Assembly (NCBI GenBank): GCA_963727445.1
Contig: CAVSGI010000021.1
Coordinates: 480,001 to 544,000 of the forward strand
Reading direction: 5' to 3'
DNA from: an uncultured delta proteobacterium
Lineage (GTDB): Bacteria > Myxococcota_A > Polyangia > Polyangiales > B10-G4
Length of the DNA stretch: 64,000 bases
The position numbers were made by a program, and so were the translations under genes. Shown one piece after another: positions 48,277 through 57,734 of this stretch (positions within the stretch are counted from its first letter, which is position 1; the number at the start of each line of letters is the position of its first letter). Below the pieces are notes generated by a model, which saw only the letters and a list, made by a program, of their open reading frames with translations, was not told where the DNA came from and ran no database searches.

Positions 48277-49947
48277 ATGGACTTCGTCTACTTCATCATC
48301 CTCGTCGGCGTTCTGATCTTCGTCCACGAGCTCGGCCACTTCGCCTGGGCGAAGTTCTTCAACGTCAAGGTCCTCACCTTCTCCCTCGGCTTCGGGCCGC
48401 GGCTGATCGGGTTCCGTGCGGGGGAGACCGAATACCGCATCGCGGCGTTGCCGCTCGGCGGCTACGTGAAGATGCTCGGGGAGAGCCCGAACGACGTCAT
48501 CGCGCCCGAGGACGAGGACCGCGCCTTCAGCACCCAGCCGCTCCTCAAGAAGGTGGTCATCGTCTTCGCGGGTCCAGCGATGAACCTGCTCTTCCCCATC
48601 GCTCTGTACTTCCTCGTCTTCCTGGGCGACGCACAGCTTCCGCCACCGGTGATAGGCACGGTCTTCCCCGACCGCCCCGCCGACGGGAAGCTGATCGCCG
48701 GCGATCGGGTCGTCTCCATCGACGGAGAGGAGATCGACACCTTCGGGGAGCTCCGGCGCAAGGTGGAGGACAGCCCCGGCATCCCCCTCGAGTTCGTCGT
48801 CGAAAGGGACGGCCAGGAGGTGACCACCACCATCACGCCGGTGGTGACGCGCGTCAGCCGCGAGCTCGACATCGTGGACGTGGTGGGACGTATCGGCATC
48901 AGCCCCTACCACCCGACCGCGGTGGTCGGCGTGACCTCGCCCAACAGCCCCGCCGGCGCCGCGCGCATGCGGCCCTTCGACGTGGTGGTGGCCGCGGGGG
49001 GAGAGCCGGTCGACAAGTGGATCGATCTCGAACGCATCCTCGGGCCCAACCGGGGGACGCTCGTGCCCATCACCTACCTGCGCCCGGCGCGCGTGGAGCA
49101 AGCGCTCGGCGGGCTGGTGGAGATCGACGTCTACGAGCCGCACGTCGCCACGCTCACACCCGAGCCGGGTCCCTCGGGCACCGGGGTCGAGCGCGCCGGG
49201 CTCGAACGCGCGGACCTCTACGTGAGCCACGTGGTCGTGGGATCCGAAGAGCAGCGCATCGGGATCCGCCCAGGCGATCGGCTGGTGGCGCTCGACGGAG
49301 AGCCGATCCGCATGTGGGCGACCTTCATCGAGGACCTCAAAGCGGGCGGCGGGCGCGAGCGGCAGCTCACGCTTCGCACCGGCGATCAGGAGCGCACGCT
49401 CTCCTGGCGTCTTCGACACGAGCGGCGCGTCGACGAGTACGGGCAGCAGATCGATCGCTTCGACGCCGACAACATCCTGAACTGGGTGCCCGCGACGCCG
49501 GTGGCAGAGCCCACCGAAAACCCTCATCCGGTTCGCTACGCCTTCAGTCGTGCGGTGCAGAGCACCTGGGAGATGATCGAGCTGACCGTGTACTCGGCGG
49601 TGCGCCTCTTCCAGGGGCAGCTCACCGTCAAGTCCCTGGGTGGGCCGATCACCGTCTTCGAGGTCGCGGGGACCGCGGCCCGGGAGGGGACGATCAACTT
49701 CCTCGAGGTGATGGCGTTCATCAGCGTCAACCTCGGCCTGATCAACCTGTTGCCCATCCCGCTCCTCGACGGAGGCCACCTCCTCTTCTTCCTGATGGAA
49801 GCGGTCAGCCGCCGCCGCGTGAGCACCAAGGTGCGCCAGTACGCCTCCCTCGCGGGTCTCACCATCCTGATCCTGCTGATGGCGATCGCGTTCAAGAACG
49901 ACATCGAGCGCAACTGGTCCGAGACGGCCGTGAGCAGCTCTCCATGA
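48277..49947 (+). CDS. rseP: RIP metalloprotease RseP with multiple PDZ domains
   Basis: HELGH, 'PLGGYVKM', 'NLLPIPLLDGGH'. Confidence 0.95.
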   Translation: MDFVYFIILVGVLIFVHELGHFAWAKFFNVKVLTFSLGFGPRLIGFRAGETEYRIAALPLGGYVKMLGESPNDVIAPEDEDRAFSTQPLLKKVVIVFAGPAMNLLFPIALYFLVFLGDAQLPPPVIGTVFPDRPADGKLIAGDRVVSIDGEEIDTFGELRRKVEDSPGIPLEFVVERDGQEVTTTITPVVTRVSRELDIVDVVGRIGISPYHPTAVVGVTSPNSPAGAARMRPFDVVVAAGGEPVDKWIDLERILGPNRGTLVPITYLRPARVEQALGGLVEIDVYEPHVATLTPEPGPSGTGVERAGLERADLYVSHVVVGSEEQRIGIRPGDRLVALDGEPIRMWATFIEDLKAGGGRERQLTLRTGDQERTLSWRLRHERRVDEYGQQIDRFDADNILNWVPATPVAEPTENPHPVRYAFSRAVQSTWEMIELTVYSAVRLFQGQLTVKSLGGPITVFEVAGTAAREGTINFLEVMAFISVNLGLINLLPIPLLDGGHLLFFLMEAVSRRRVSTKVRQYASLAGLTILILLMAIAFKNDIERNWSETAVSSSP

Positions 49948-49960
49948 GGAGACGTCTTTC

Positions 49961-51280
49961 ATGAGCGACGCGAATCCGGGCCGCCGCGCGGCGGCCGAGG
50001 TGCTCCACCGCGTGGCGGAGTCGGGTGCCTGGGCGGCGCCCTCGCTCGCGGCGGCGCTCGGCCGCGGCGGGATCGATCCCCGCGATCGCGCCCTCGCCAC
50101 CGAGGTGGTCTACGGAACCTTGCGTTCGCTGCCCGAGGTCGATGCGGCGGTCGCGAAGTTCCTCAAGTCGCCCTTCGCCAACCTCGACGGTTACGTGAGG
50201 GCGGCGTTTCGCACCGGCGCCTACCAGCTCCTGCACCTGTCGGCGCCGGTGCACGCCATCGTGAGCGACACGGTGAGCATCGTGCGAGACGAGCGCGGTC
50301 CGAAGCTCGCCGGGCTCGTCAACGCGGTGCTGCGCAAGGTCGCCGCGTCGCGTCCCGACGAGCCGCACCCGCCCGCGGCCATGACCCTGCCCGACTGGCT
50401 GTCGGAGCAGCTCGTGCGCGACCTGGGGGACGAGCGCGCGGAGGCCTTCACCGCGGCGCGACCGTTGCCCCCGCCAATCGGTCTTCGCGTGACGCGCGGC
50501 GATCGGGCGGAGGTGATCGCCGCCATTCGCGAGGAGCGCCCGCGCGCCGAGGTCACGGAAGGCAAGCTCTCGCCGGCGGCCATCCTCTTTCGCCGCGGCG
50601 GCGATCCGCACACCCTCACCGCCTATCGCGAGGGCGCGGTCGTGATCCAGGAGCAGGGCGCCCAATTGGTGGGTCTACTCGCCGGGGCGAAGTCCGGTGA
50701 GCGCGTGGTGGACGCGTGCGCGGGTCGCGGTGGCAAGACGCTTCAGCTCGCGGCCGCGGTGGGGCCCGAGGGGACGGTCACCGCCATCGATCTTCACGAG
50801 GGCAAGCTCGATCGCGTCTCCGAGGAGCTCGCGCGCCTCGGCGGGGGCGCCGAGGTCGAGACGCATACCATCGATCTCTCCGTGGGGGCCGGTGGTCTCG
50901 AAGGGCGCTACGATCGCGTGCTCGTCGACGCGCCCTGCACCGGGATCGGCACCCTCCATCGCCGGCCGGAGATCCTCCTTCGCATCGGTCCCGAGGATCC
51001 GGCGCGCATGGCGAAGCTCCAGGCGGCGATCCTGACGAACGCCTGTCAGCTGGCGGCGCCGGGAGGGATCATCGTCTACGCGGTCTGCTCCCCGACGCAG
51101 CGCGAGGGCGCCGGCGTGGTGGAGACCGTCGTCGCCGCGCATCCGCAGCTGGTGCGCCGCGCGACGGACGAAGAGCAGCCGTCCTTTGGCGTTCGGGGCG
51201 ACGCCGACGGAATCGTTCGCATCGGTCCGTGGAACGGCGACTGCGACGCCTATCAGGTCGCCCGTCTCGTGCGGCTGTAG
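49961..51280 (+). CDS. rsmB: RsmB/Sun 16S rRNA m5C methyltransferase
   Basis: NusB-like N-domain; 'DACAGRGGKT', 'VDAPCTG.G', 'YAVCS'. Confidence 0.88.
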   Translation: MSDANPGRRAAAEVLHRVAESGAWAAPSLAAALGRGGIDPRDRALATEVVYGTLRSLPEVDAAVAKFLKSPFANLDGYVRAAFRTGAYQLLHLSAPVHAIVSDTVSIVRDERGPKLAGLVNAVLRKVAASRPDEPHPPAAMTLPDWLSEQLVRDLGDERAEAFTAARPLPPPIGLRVTRGDRAEVIAAIREERPRAEVTEGKLSPAAILFRRGGDPHTLTAYREGAVVIQEQGAQLVGLLAGAKSGERVVDACAGRGGKTLQLAAAVGPEGTVTAIDLHEGKLDRVSEELARLGGGAEVETHTIDLSVGAGGLEGRYDRVLVDAPCTGIGTLHRRPEILLRIGPEDPARMAKLQAAILTNACQLAAPGGIIVYAVCSPTQREGAGVVETVVAAHPQLVRRATDEEQPSFGVRGDADGIVRIGPWNGDCDAYQVARLVRL

Positions 51281-51336
51281 CAGGGTTCGTCGCCAGGGAC
51301 GTTGACCTTCGGGTCGGCGCGGGTAACGATCGAGAC

Positions 51337-51792
51337 ATGGGCTTTTCGTGGATTCGCGAGAACCCCCCGATCTGGGACGAAGACAAGCGAAGAATCCTCC
51401 TCGTCGGGGGGCGAGGCATCTTCGACGAGACCTACGGTCACCTCTCCGACGGCGCGCTGGTGCCTGGGGAGTGGTGGCGCGTCGAGAGCGAGGGACGAAC
51501 CGTCGGTTACGGCTGGCTCGACTCGGTCTTCGGCAACGCCGAGATCCTCCTCGCCACCGATCTCGAGCATCGCGGTGAAGGGATCGGCTCCTTCATCCTC
51601 GACCACCTCGACACCGAGGCGCGCGCCCGCGGGCTGAACTACCTCTACAACGTGGTCCAGAAGGCGCATCCCGAACCGGAGGCGCTCAAGCGCTGGCTCG
51701 AGGCGCGCGGCTTCAAAGGCAAGGAGGGGGGCCGGCTGCTCAAGCGCTCCACCAAGCCCAAGGGCGACGTCGCCCTGCAGCCGGAAGCCTGA
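51337..51792 (+). CDS. GNAT acetyltransferase
   Basis: 'HRGEGIGSFIL' acetyl-CoA motif; 'ARGF'. Confidence 0.8.
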   Translation: MGFSWIRENPPIWDEDKRRILLVGGRGIFDETYGHLSDGALVPGEWWRVESEGRTVGYGWLDSVFGNAEILLATDLEHRGEGIGSFILDHLDTEARARGLNYLYNVVQKAHPEPEALKRWLEARGFKGKEGGRLLKRSTKPKGDVALQPEA

Positions 51793-51802
51793 CGAGCGCT
51801 GC

Positions 51803-52817
51803 TCAGAAGGTGCAGACGTCCTGCACCGTCGCCGGGTCGCCGCGGCGGGCGAGGGGCTCACAAGACTGCCCTTCGTTACACGTGCCCGCGCTCTCGCAGC
51901 GCGCGGTGCAATAGCCGCGACCGTCACCGAAGAAGTCGACGCAGAACGTCGTCGGGAAGCCTTCGTGGTCCGGACAGTAGCGATCGCAGGGCTTCGAGCA
52001 GAACATGCCTCCGTTTTGCTCGAGGCACACGCCGCCCACGAAGTCGCAGTCGCTGTCGGCGGCGCACGCGCTACCGACGAAGGTCGGCGGCGGTGCGGGA
52101 TCCACGTAGGCGACGTGCTGCGTGTAGCGCGACCAGATGTTGTAGAAGAGCCAGTTGCCGGTGCGGGCGCGGCGGCCGACCCATGGCGTGTAGACGTAGA
52201 GGGAGAGGGTAGCGCTGTTGTCAGCGACGATGCTGTAGCCGTCGAGGGTGCGGAAAGATGCGCCGAGGCGCGTGCCGGCTTGCGTCTCTTCGCCGGCCTC
52301 GCCGGACGCGTAGGCTCGCGCCAGGACGTCCCCGGCGCACTCGAGCTGACGGTCGAGGCCGCGGAAGCCGCTCATGCATCCGCTGCCGTCGTGACAGCCG
52401 CATCCGAAGGCATAGTCGACGCGGAAGCGGGAGGGTGCCGCGCTCTTCGACACGAGGCCCGCTTCTTTCTGAAGCGTCGTGAGGAGCACCAGCGGGTTGA
52501 GGCCCGTCTCGTGGGCGACGGCGACGATCGCGGCGCTCAGCGGCTGACCGTGAACGACCTCGTCCGCGAGAAAGCTGTGATTGCCGTAGGGGGTGTGCTC
52601 CAAGAAGGCCTGCACCTCGCCCGCGCTCATCGCGTCGGCGTCGGTGAAGGACTCGTTCGACAGGATCCGATTTCGATTCGAAGCTCGACCCGTCCGCCTT
52701 GCCGTCGTCGACGGGCTCGATGTCGAGGGGATCGAGGTCTGTGATCGAGGGCTCCTCGACGGGTGCCACGCACCCGGATCCCAAAGTGGCGAGGAGGAGG
52801 AGGGCGATGCGGGCCAT
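51803..52817 (-). CDS. Lipoprotein with DGKAD motif, lysozyme-like central region and Cys-rich tail (+1 frameshift at about 52677)
   Basis: Lipobox GSG-C in ORF 52221..52853 joins ORF 51803..52963 at 'GSSF|DRNRIL'; '[17 protein letters not shown]'. Confidence 0.7.
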
Positions 52818-52829
52818 GGCGGGCCTTTT

Positions 52830-52845
52830 CGCAAGAGTCGGACCG
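52830..52845 (-). promoter_or_regulatory. Putative sigma54 -24/-12 promoter
   Basis: Minus strand CGGTCCGACTCTTGCG, 13 nt before ATG 52817. Confidence 0.55.
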
Positions 52846-52950
52846 ACCAGCACTTCGCGTTTCCACTCGGGAATTCCCCTCTGGGGTGGCCGCTCCGCGC
52901 GCCGCCAAACGGGGAGCCTCGACCCCTGCTGCGGCGACGTGATTCGCTGT

Positions 52951-52979
52951 TTGACTTACACAATGCCGAGGACTAGATT
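52951..52979 (+). promoter_or_regulatory. Sigma70-type promoter for the tRNA
   Basis: TTGACT-17 nt-TAGATT, 17 nt before the tRNA 5' end. Confidence 0.75.
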
Positions 52980-52996
52980 CCGCCTCCACTGCATTG

Positions 52997-53073
<77 letters not shown>

Positions 53074-53098
53074 TCGAGTGAGTCACTCGGGAGGGTCA

Positions 53099-53707
53099 AT
53101 GGCGAAGGGAGTCGCGCCGGTCAAAGTCCTCGTCGTCGACGACGACAAGGCCATCTGTGAGTACATGGAGACGTTCCTCACCCGGGACGGCTTCGAGGTG
53201 AAGACTCTCTCGGATCCCGAGACCGCGCCTGACGAGGTCAAGAGCGGCGGCTACCATCTCGTGGTCCTCGACCTGATGATGCCGGGGATGGACGGCGTGG
53301 AGGCGCTCAAGCGCATCCGCAAGGTCGACAGCGACGTGGCTGTGGTGATCTTCACCGGTTACCCGTCGCTCGAGACCGCCGTTCAGTCGATGAAGCTCGA
53401 CGCCGTCGACTACCTGAAGAAGCCGTTCAACCCGGAGGAGTTCCGCGAGGTGCTCGACCGGGTGATGCGCAAGAAGGGGCTGCTCCGCTCGCCGGAGGAG
53501 AACCTCCACCGCGTCATCGGCGAAACGATCCGCGGGCTGCGCAAGGATCGCGGCCTCACCCTCAAGCAGATGGCGCGGCGCACCGGCCTTTCGGTGAGCC
53601 TCCTCAGCCAGATCGAGCGCGCCGAGTCGAGCGCGTCGATCAGCTCGCTCTACAAGATCGCCACCGCGCTCGACGTGCGGATCCAGGATCTCTTCGGCGA
53701 TTACTGA
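53099..53707 (+). CDS. Response regulator with C-terminal XRE HTH (DigR-like architecture)
   Basis: Receiver 'VDDD...LDLMMP...KP'; 'IRGLRKDRGLTLKQMARRTGLSVSLLSQIER'. Confidence 0.9.
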   Translation: MAKGVAPVKVLVVDDDKAICEYMETFLTRDGFEVKTLSDPETAPDEVKSGGYHLVVLDLMMPGMDGVEALKRIRKVDSDVAVVIFTGYPSLETAVQSMKLDAVDYLKKPFNPEEFREVLDRVMRKKGLLRSPEENLHRVIGETIRGLRKDRGLTLKQMARRTGLSVSLLSQIERAESSASISSLYKIATALDVRIQDLFGDY

Positions 53708-53717
53708 CGTCTAGGAG

Positions 53718-53825
53718 AAGGCGGAGCGCTGCCGGAGCGAAGCGGCGGCCGGAGCGCGCGAAGCGCGCGTAGGGCGACGCGTAGGGTAGGCGGCGCGGAG
53801 CCGGGAGTGCGCCCCCGGCACCCGT
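53718..53825. repeat. REP-like hairpin cluster between convergent genes
   Basis: gctgccggagcgaagcggcggc; gcgcgcgaagcgcgc; gccgggagtgcgcccccggc. Confidence 0.55.
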
Positions 53826-55535
53826 TCAGTAGCCGAGCTCTGCATCGATGGCGTCGGCCAGCATGCTCGGTCGCTCGGCGTGCAAGGCGTGGCCCGTGTC
53901 CTCGAAGAAGAGCGTGCGGCCGGGCATCTCGAGGAAGGGCGCGAGTCGCTCGACGAAGGTGCGGGTCGGCATCGGGGCTGAATCGTCGCGCTCGCCGGTG
54001 ATGAGCAGGAGCGGCACCTCGATGTGGCGGAAGCGGAGCTCGCCGGCCTCGTCGGGCTCGATGTGGCTGAAGACGAGCTGCTCGTAGGCGAGCCGATAGT
54101 GGAAACGGCGCAGGCGCGAGTCGTAGACCTCGCCCAGCTTGGCGAGGCCTTCCGCGACGAGGCGCGGTCCGCATGGCTCCCATCCGTCGCGATACCAGTA
54201 GTTCGATTGCTTGCGGACGCTCATCAGGCCGCCGACGAAGTAGCGCTCGCGCGCGCCCGCATCCTCGGCGTCGGTGCTCTCCTCGTGCGTACGGCGGACA
54301 GCCTCGTGCTTGATCACGTCCATGAAGCTCTCGTCGTCGCCGCCGATGAGCTTGGCGCGGCTCCAGGAATAGTCGATGGAGACCGGGGACCAGGCGATGG
54401 CGCGGCGCACCCAGGGGCGCGCCTCGGCCTCTTCGGCGAGCCGCAGCGCCATGTTGCCCCCGAGGCTCCCCCCGATCACCGCGGTGATGCGTGCGCGTAG
54501 GCCGGGCGTCTCGAGCTCGAGGGCGTCCACCACCGCCTCGACGAAGGCATCGAGGAAGCGAAGCAGGACGTCCTGCCCCCCCGACGGGTCGGCGCGCAGG
54601 AGGATCGCCTCCGGATCGAGGCGCTCGGTGTAGCCGCTGCCAGGCAGGTCGAAGGCGACCAGGGTGAGCTCCTCTCCGCGCTCCCTTTGGCGGCGCAAGA
54701 GCTCCGCGGCGACACCGTCGCTCTCCTCGGCCGAAGAGCTGTGACCGTGGACGAAGATCAGCACGTCTCCCGTCGCGGGGACGCGGACCGCGTTTTCGTC
54801 GGGGAGGGTGCCGACGAGGGTCTCGGGAACGGACGCCTCGGCGGGCAGGGCGGTGGACGCGATCGTGATGCGGGCCGTGAGCTGGCGCGTGGTGTCGTCT
54901 TCGAGCGGGATCTCCACCGCGAGATCGCGCTGGTGCGCAGGTGTGCTCGCGACGTCCACGGGCCGCCGGGGCAGATCGTCCTCGGAGGAGACCGCGATCC
55001 AGCCGAGGCCGGGGCGCGACGATGCGCGATGCGCCGGCGGGCCGTGAAGCGCCCACGCCACGCGATAGGCGCGCCGAAGCGCCCGGTCGATGCCCTGGGC
55101 TGGGGCCATTTCGGCGAGCGTCGTCGCCGTGGGTGGATCGGCTGCGAAGCGGCCGTAGGCGCGGCCGCCGGTCACGGCGAGGTCGGCGAGGGCACGCGCC
55201 GTGGCTTCATCCGCCGGAGCTCCGCTCTCGTCGAAGGCGGCGAAGGCCTCGGCCGAGGCCGCGAGCGCGGCGTGGGGATCGGCGAGCGCAGCGACGCGCC
55301 GGAGATCGGGGCGCAGGCGGAAGCAGTAGGTCTCCCGCCCGGGATCGCAGCCGACCCCCTCGGTATCCAAGAGGGAGGTCGGCACCGTCAGCTCCGGCGC
55401 GAGGGCTGCGCAGCGGGTCTCGTCGGCGCTCGGCGCGACGCGGCGCTCTTCGCGATGATTGTCGGCCGGCGGATCGCCCAGAGCCGAGTAGTTGCAGCCG
55501 AAGAAGCACAGGAAGAGAAAGGCGATTGGACGCAT
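53826..55535 (-). CDS. Alpha/beta hydrolase lipoprotein
   Basis: Lipobox FFG-C; 'FVHGH', 'GGSLGG', 'TGHALH'. Confidence 0.8.
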   Translation of the reverse strand: MRPIAFLFLCFFGCNYSALGDPPADNHREERRVAPSADETRCAALAPELTVPTSLLDTEGVGCDPGRETYCFRLRPDLRRVAALADPHAALAASAEAFAAFDESGAPADEATARALADLAVTGGRAYGRFAADPPTATTLAEMAPAQGIDRALRRAYRVAWALHGPPAHRASSRPGLGWIAVSSEDDLPRRPVDVASTPAHQRDLAVEIPLEDDTTRQLTARITIASTALPAEASVPETLVGTLPDENAVRVPATGDVLIFVHGHSSSAEESDGVAAELLRRQRERGEELTLVAFDLPGSGYTERLDPEAILLRADPSGGQDVLLRFLDAFVEAVVDALELETPGLRARITAVIGGSLGGNMALRLAEEAEARPWVRRAIAWSPVSIDYSWSRAKLIGGDDESFMDVIKHEAVRRTHEESTDAEDAGARERYFVGGLMSVRKQSNYWYRDGWEPCGPRLVAEGLAKLGEVYDSRLRRFHYRLAYEQLVFSHIEPDEAGELRFRHIEVPLLLITGERDDSAPMPTRTFVERLAPFLEMPGRTLFFEDTGHALHAERPSMLADAIDAELGY

Positions 55536-55597
55536 GAGGGCCTGGGTGCGTGGCTCTTTCGAAGATGGGACGAAGAATTTCGCCCGGGCTCTCGCCG

Positions 55598-57118
55598 TCA
55601 GCGCGAAAGGGCGTCGAGGCGGGCGCGGGTCGTCTCGTCGATGGCCAGCGGGGCCAGGTCGCGGGCGAGGTCGCGCGCGTCGTCTCCGTGGCCGGCGTCG
55701 CGGAGGAGCTCGCCCAGGCGGGCGGCCGCGGCGAGATCGTCCGGGGCGATGCGATGCAGCGTGCGGAGGGTCTCGATGGCGGCTTCGCGCTCGCCGTGGT
55801 CGATCAGGCGTTCGGCGCGCGCGCGGAGCCGCGTGGGGCGATCGAGCGCGGGATCGTCGGGCGGAACCTGGCGCCACGCTTCGATCGCCGCGTCGACGGG
55901 GCCGATCTGTTCGGTCAGGCGCGCCCGCATCGCCCGAGTGACACCGTCGTCGCCGTCGCCCACGGCCCGCATCGCGCCGCGCGCGTCCCCACGATGGAAA
56001 CGGATCGTCGCGAGCGCTTCGCGCACGCGCGGGTCGCGGCGGTCCGAGAGCGCGAGCACCTCTGCGGCGGCACCCGCGAGGCCCTGGGCTGCGAGCGCCT
56101 CCGCGAGACCGAGACGCGCCTCGGTGGCGCTGGTCGACGATGCCGGGACGCGGGAGAGGAGCCGCGCTGCGCCGCTCAGGTCGCCGAGGCTCAGTCGGGC
56201 CTGTCCGCCGACCAGGAGCGCTTCGGGGTCGTCCGTCTCGGCAGCGACCACGTCCGCGAGCTCCCGCGCCTCCATGGCGCGTCCGACCGCCAGAAGAAAG
56301 CGGGCCCGGCCGAGCGGTCCATCGAGCTCGTCGTCCCGCAGCGTCGCGAGGAGCGCCTCGGCATCCGCCTTTCGGTGAGCGGCCAACAGCGCGCGAAGGC
56401 GCAGCCTCGGGGGCGCGTTCGGCGTGGCGTCGAGGAGACGCGCGGCGAGGATCGGATGGCCGGTCTCGAGCGCAGTGGTGGCCACGGCGATCACCTCGTC
56501 GCTTCGCGCTGGCGCCAAGAGAAGAAGCGCACGTACCGCTTCGAGCGCACGCGCGGCATCACGTCGCGCCACGCTCAGCGCGAGCTGTGCACGCAGGGCG
56601 CCCACGGTGCCGCCGCTCCGGTGGATGTAGCGCGCGAGGACCGCGTCGGCGCGGCCGCTCTTCGCCTCGGAGCGCAAGAGCCGGGCAAGGGCTAGAGGAC
56701 CCGTCTCGGAGCGCGGCGCCCGCACCTCGGCGGCCTCGTAGGCGGCGATCGCGGCTTCGCTGTCGTCCCGCCGCTCGGCGATGCGCCCGCGCGCGAGCCA
56801 GACCGACTCCGCGTCGGGGAAGCGCCGCTCGGCGTCCTCGAGGAGGCGGTCGGCGTCCTCGCTGCGGCCCAGCTCCTCGAGCACCTCGGCCAGGAGCGAC
56901 ATCACCAGCGGGTCTTCGTCGGGGCCGGCGCGCGCCATCGAGAGCTCCTGCGCTGCCGTCTCGAGGTCGCCCTGGTCCCGCGCGAGCTCCGCGCGGATGA
57001 AGTGCTCGTAGCTATAAGGCGAGACGAAGGTGCCGACGACGCGCTCGCCGTCCATGTGTCGCGCCACCGGGTAGGAAGCGGCGCCGCCGCAGGCGCCGAG
57101 GGCGACGGCGAGGGCCAT
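55598..57118 (-). CDS. TPR-rich lipoprotein
   Basis: Lipobox LGA-C; many TPR-like Ala/Leu helices. Start may lie slightly upstream. Confidence 0.75.
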   Translation of the reverse strand: MALAVALGACGGAASYPVARHMDGERVVGTFVSPYSYEHFIRAELARDQGDLETAAQELSMARAGPDEDPLVMSLLAEVLEELGRSEDADRLLEDAERRFPDAESVWLARGRIAERRDDSEAAIAAYEAAEVRAPRSETGPLALARLLRSEAKSGRADAVLARYIHRSGGTVGALRAQLALSVARRDAARALEAVRALLLLAPARSDEVIAVATTALETGHPILAARLLDATPNAPPRLRLRALLAAHRKADAEALLATLRDDELDGPLGRARFLLAVGRAMEARELADVVAAETDDPEALLVGGQARLSLGDLSGAARLLSRVPASSTSATEARLGLAEALAAQGLAGAAAEVLALSDRRDPRVREALATIRFHRGDARGAMRAVGDGDDGVTRAMRARLTEQIGPVDAAIEAWRQVPPDDPALDRPTRLRARAERLIDHGEREAAIETLRTLHRIAPDDLAAAARLGELLRDAGHGDDARDLARDLAPLAIDETTRARLDALSR

Positions 57119-57147
57119 GCCGAGGGCGGCGTTTGCGGCGGCGCTCT

Positions 57148-57720
57148 TCAGCCCCCGTCTCCCATGCCTGCGTCGGGGGTTCCGCTGTCGGCGGTGGGAA
57201 TCGGATCGTTGTTCGTGCACTGGCGCGCGTACGTCGGGCAATCGCACATCACGCGGAAGACCGCCTGCCCGCCGTCGACCAGGGGCCAGTCGAGGAAGCG
57301 CTGGGCGCTGCCGATGTACTCGGAGCCGCGGATGAAGGAGACGTCGGTGAGCGGGTCCTCGACGCTGTCTTGCAGCGTGGTGTCGTCCAGCAGCACCGGC
57401 ACGTCGACGAAGAAGGCGTTCATCAGGTCGCCGGGCCGGGCGTGGGCGTCGATGTAGGCCTGCTCGACGTTGATGGCGAACTCTCCAGCACCCGTCACGC
57501 GGCTCGCGACGGTGCCACCGAAGTCGCTCATGTCCATCTGGGCGGCGAAGCTCGTGCCGGCAGGCTGTGGACGCATCACGATCTCGATGCGGTCGACCGC
57601 GGTCTGAACGATGTCCTGAGAGTTGATCTGGAGAACGAAGGGGGGACGGGCCTCACCACCGCAGGCGGCGAGGAGGCAAGAGAGGAGGCAGAAGCCAGCG
57701 AGCGCGAGCGATGTCTTCAT
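57148..57720 (-). CDS. Hypothetical lipoprotein
   Basis: MKTSLALAG...LAA-C; DAG-rich tail. Confidence 0.7.
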   Translation of the reverse strand: MKTSLALAGFCLLSCLLAACGGEARPPFVLQINSQDIVQTAVDRIEIVMRPQPAGTSFAAQMDMSDFGGTVASRVTGAGEFAINVEQAYIDAHARPGDLMNAFFVDVPVLLDDTTLQDSVEDPLTDVSFIRGSEYIGSAQRFLDWPLVDGGQAVFRVMCDCPTYARQCTNNDPIPTADSGTPDAGMGDGG

Positions 57721-57734
57721 GGGTCGCATCTTCG

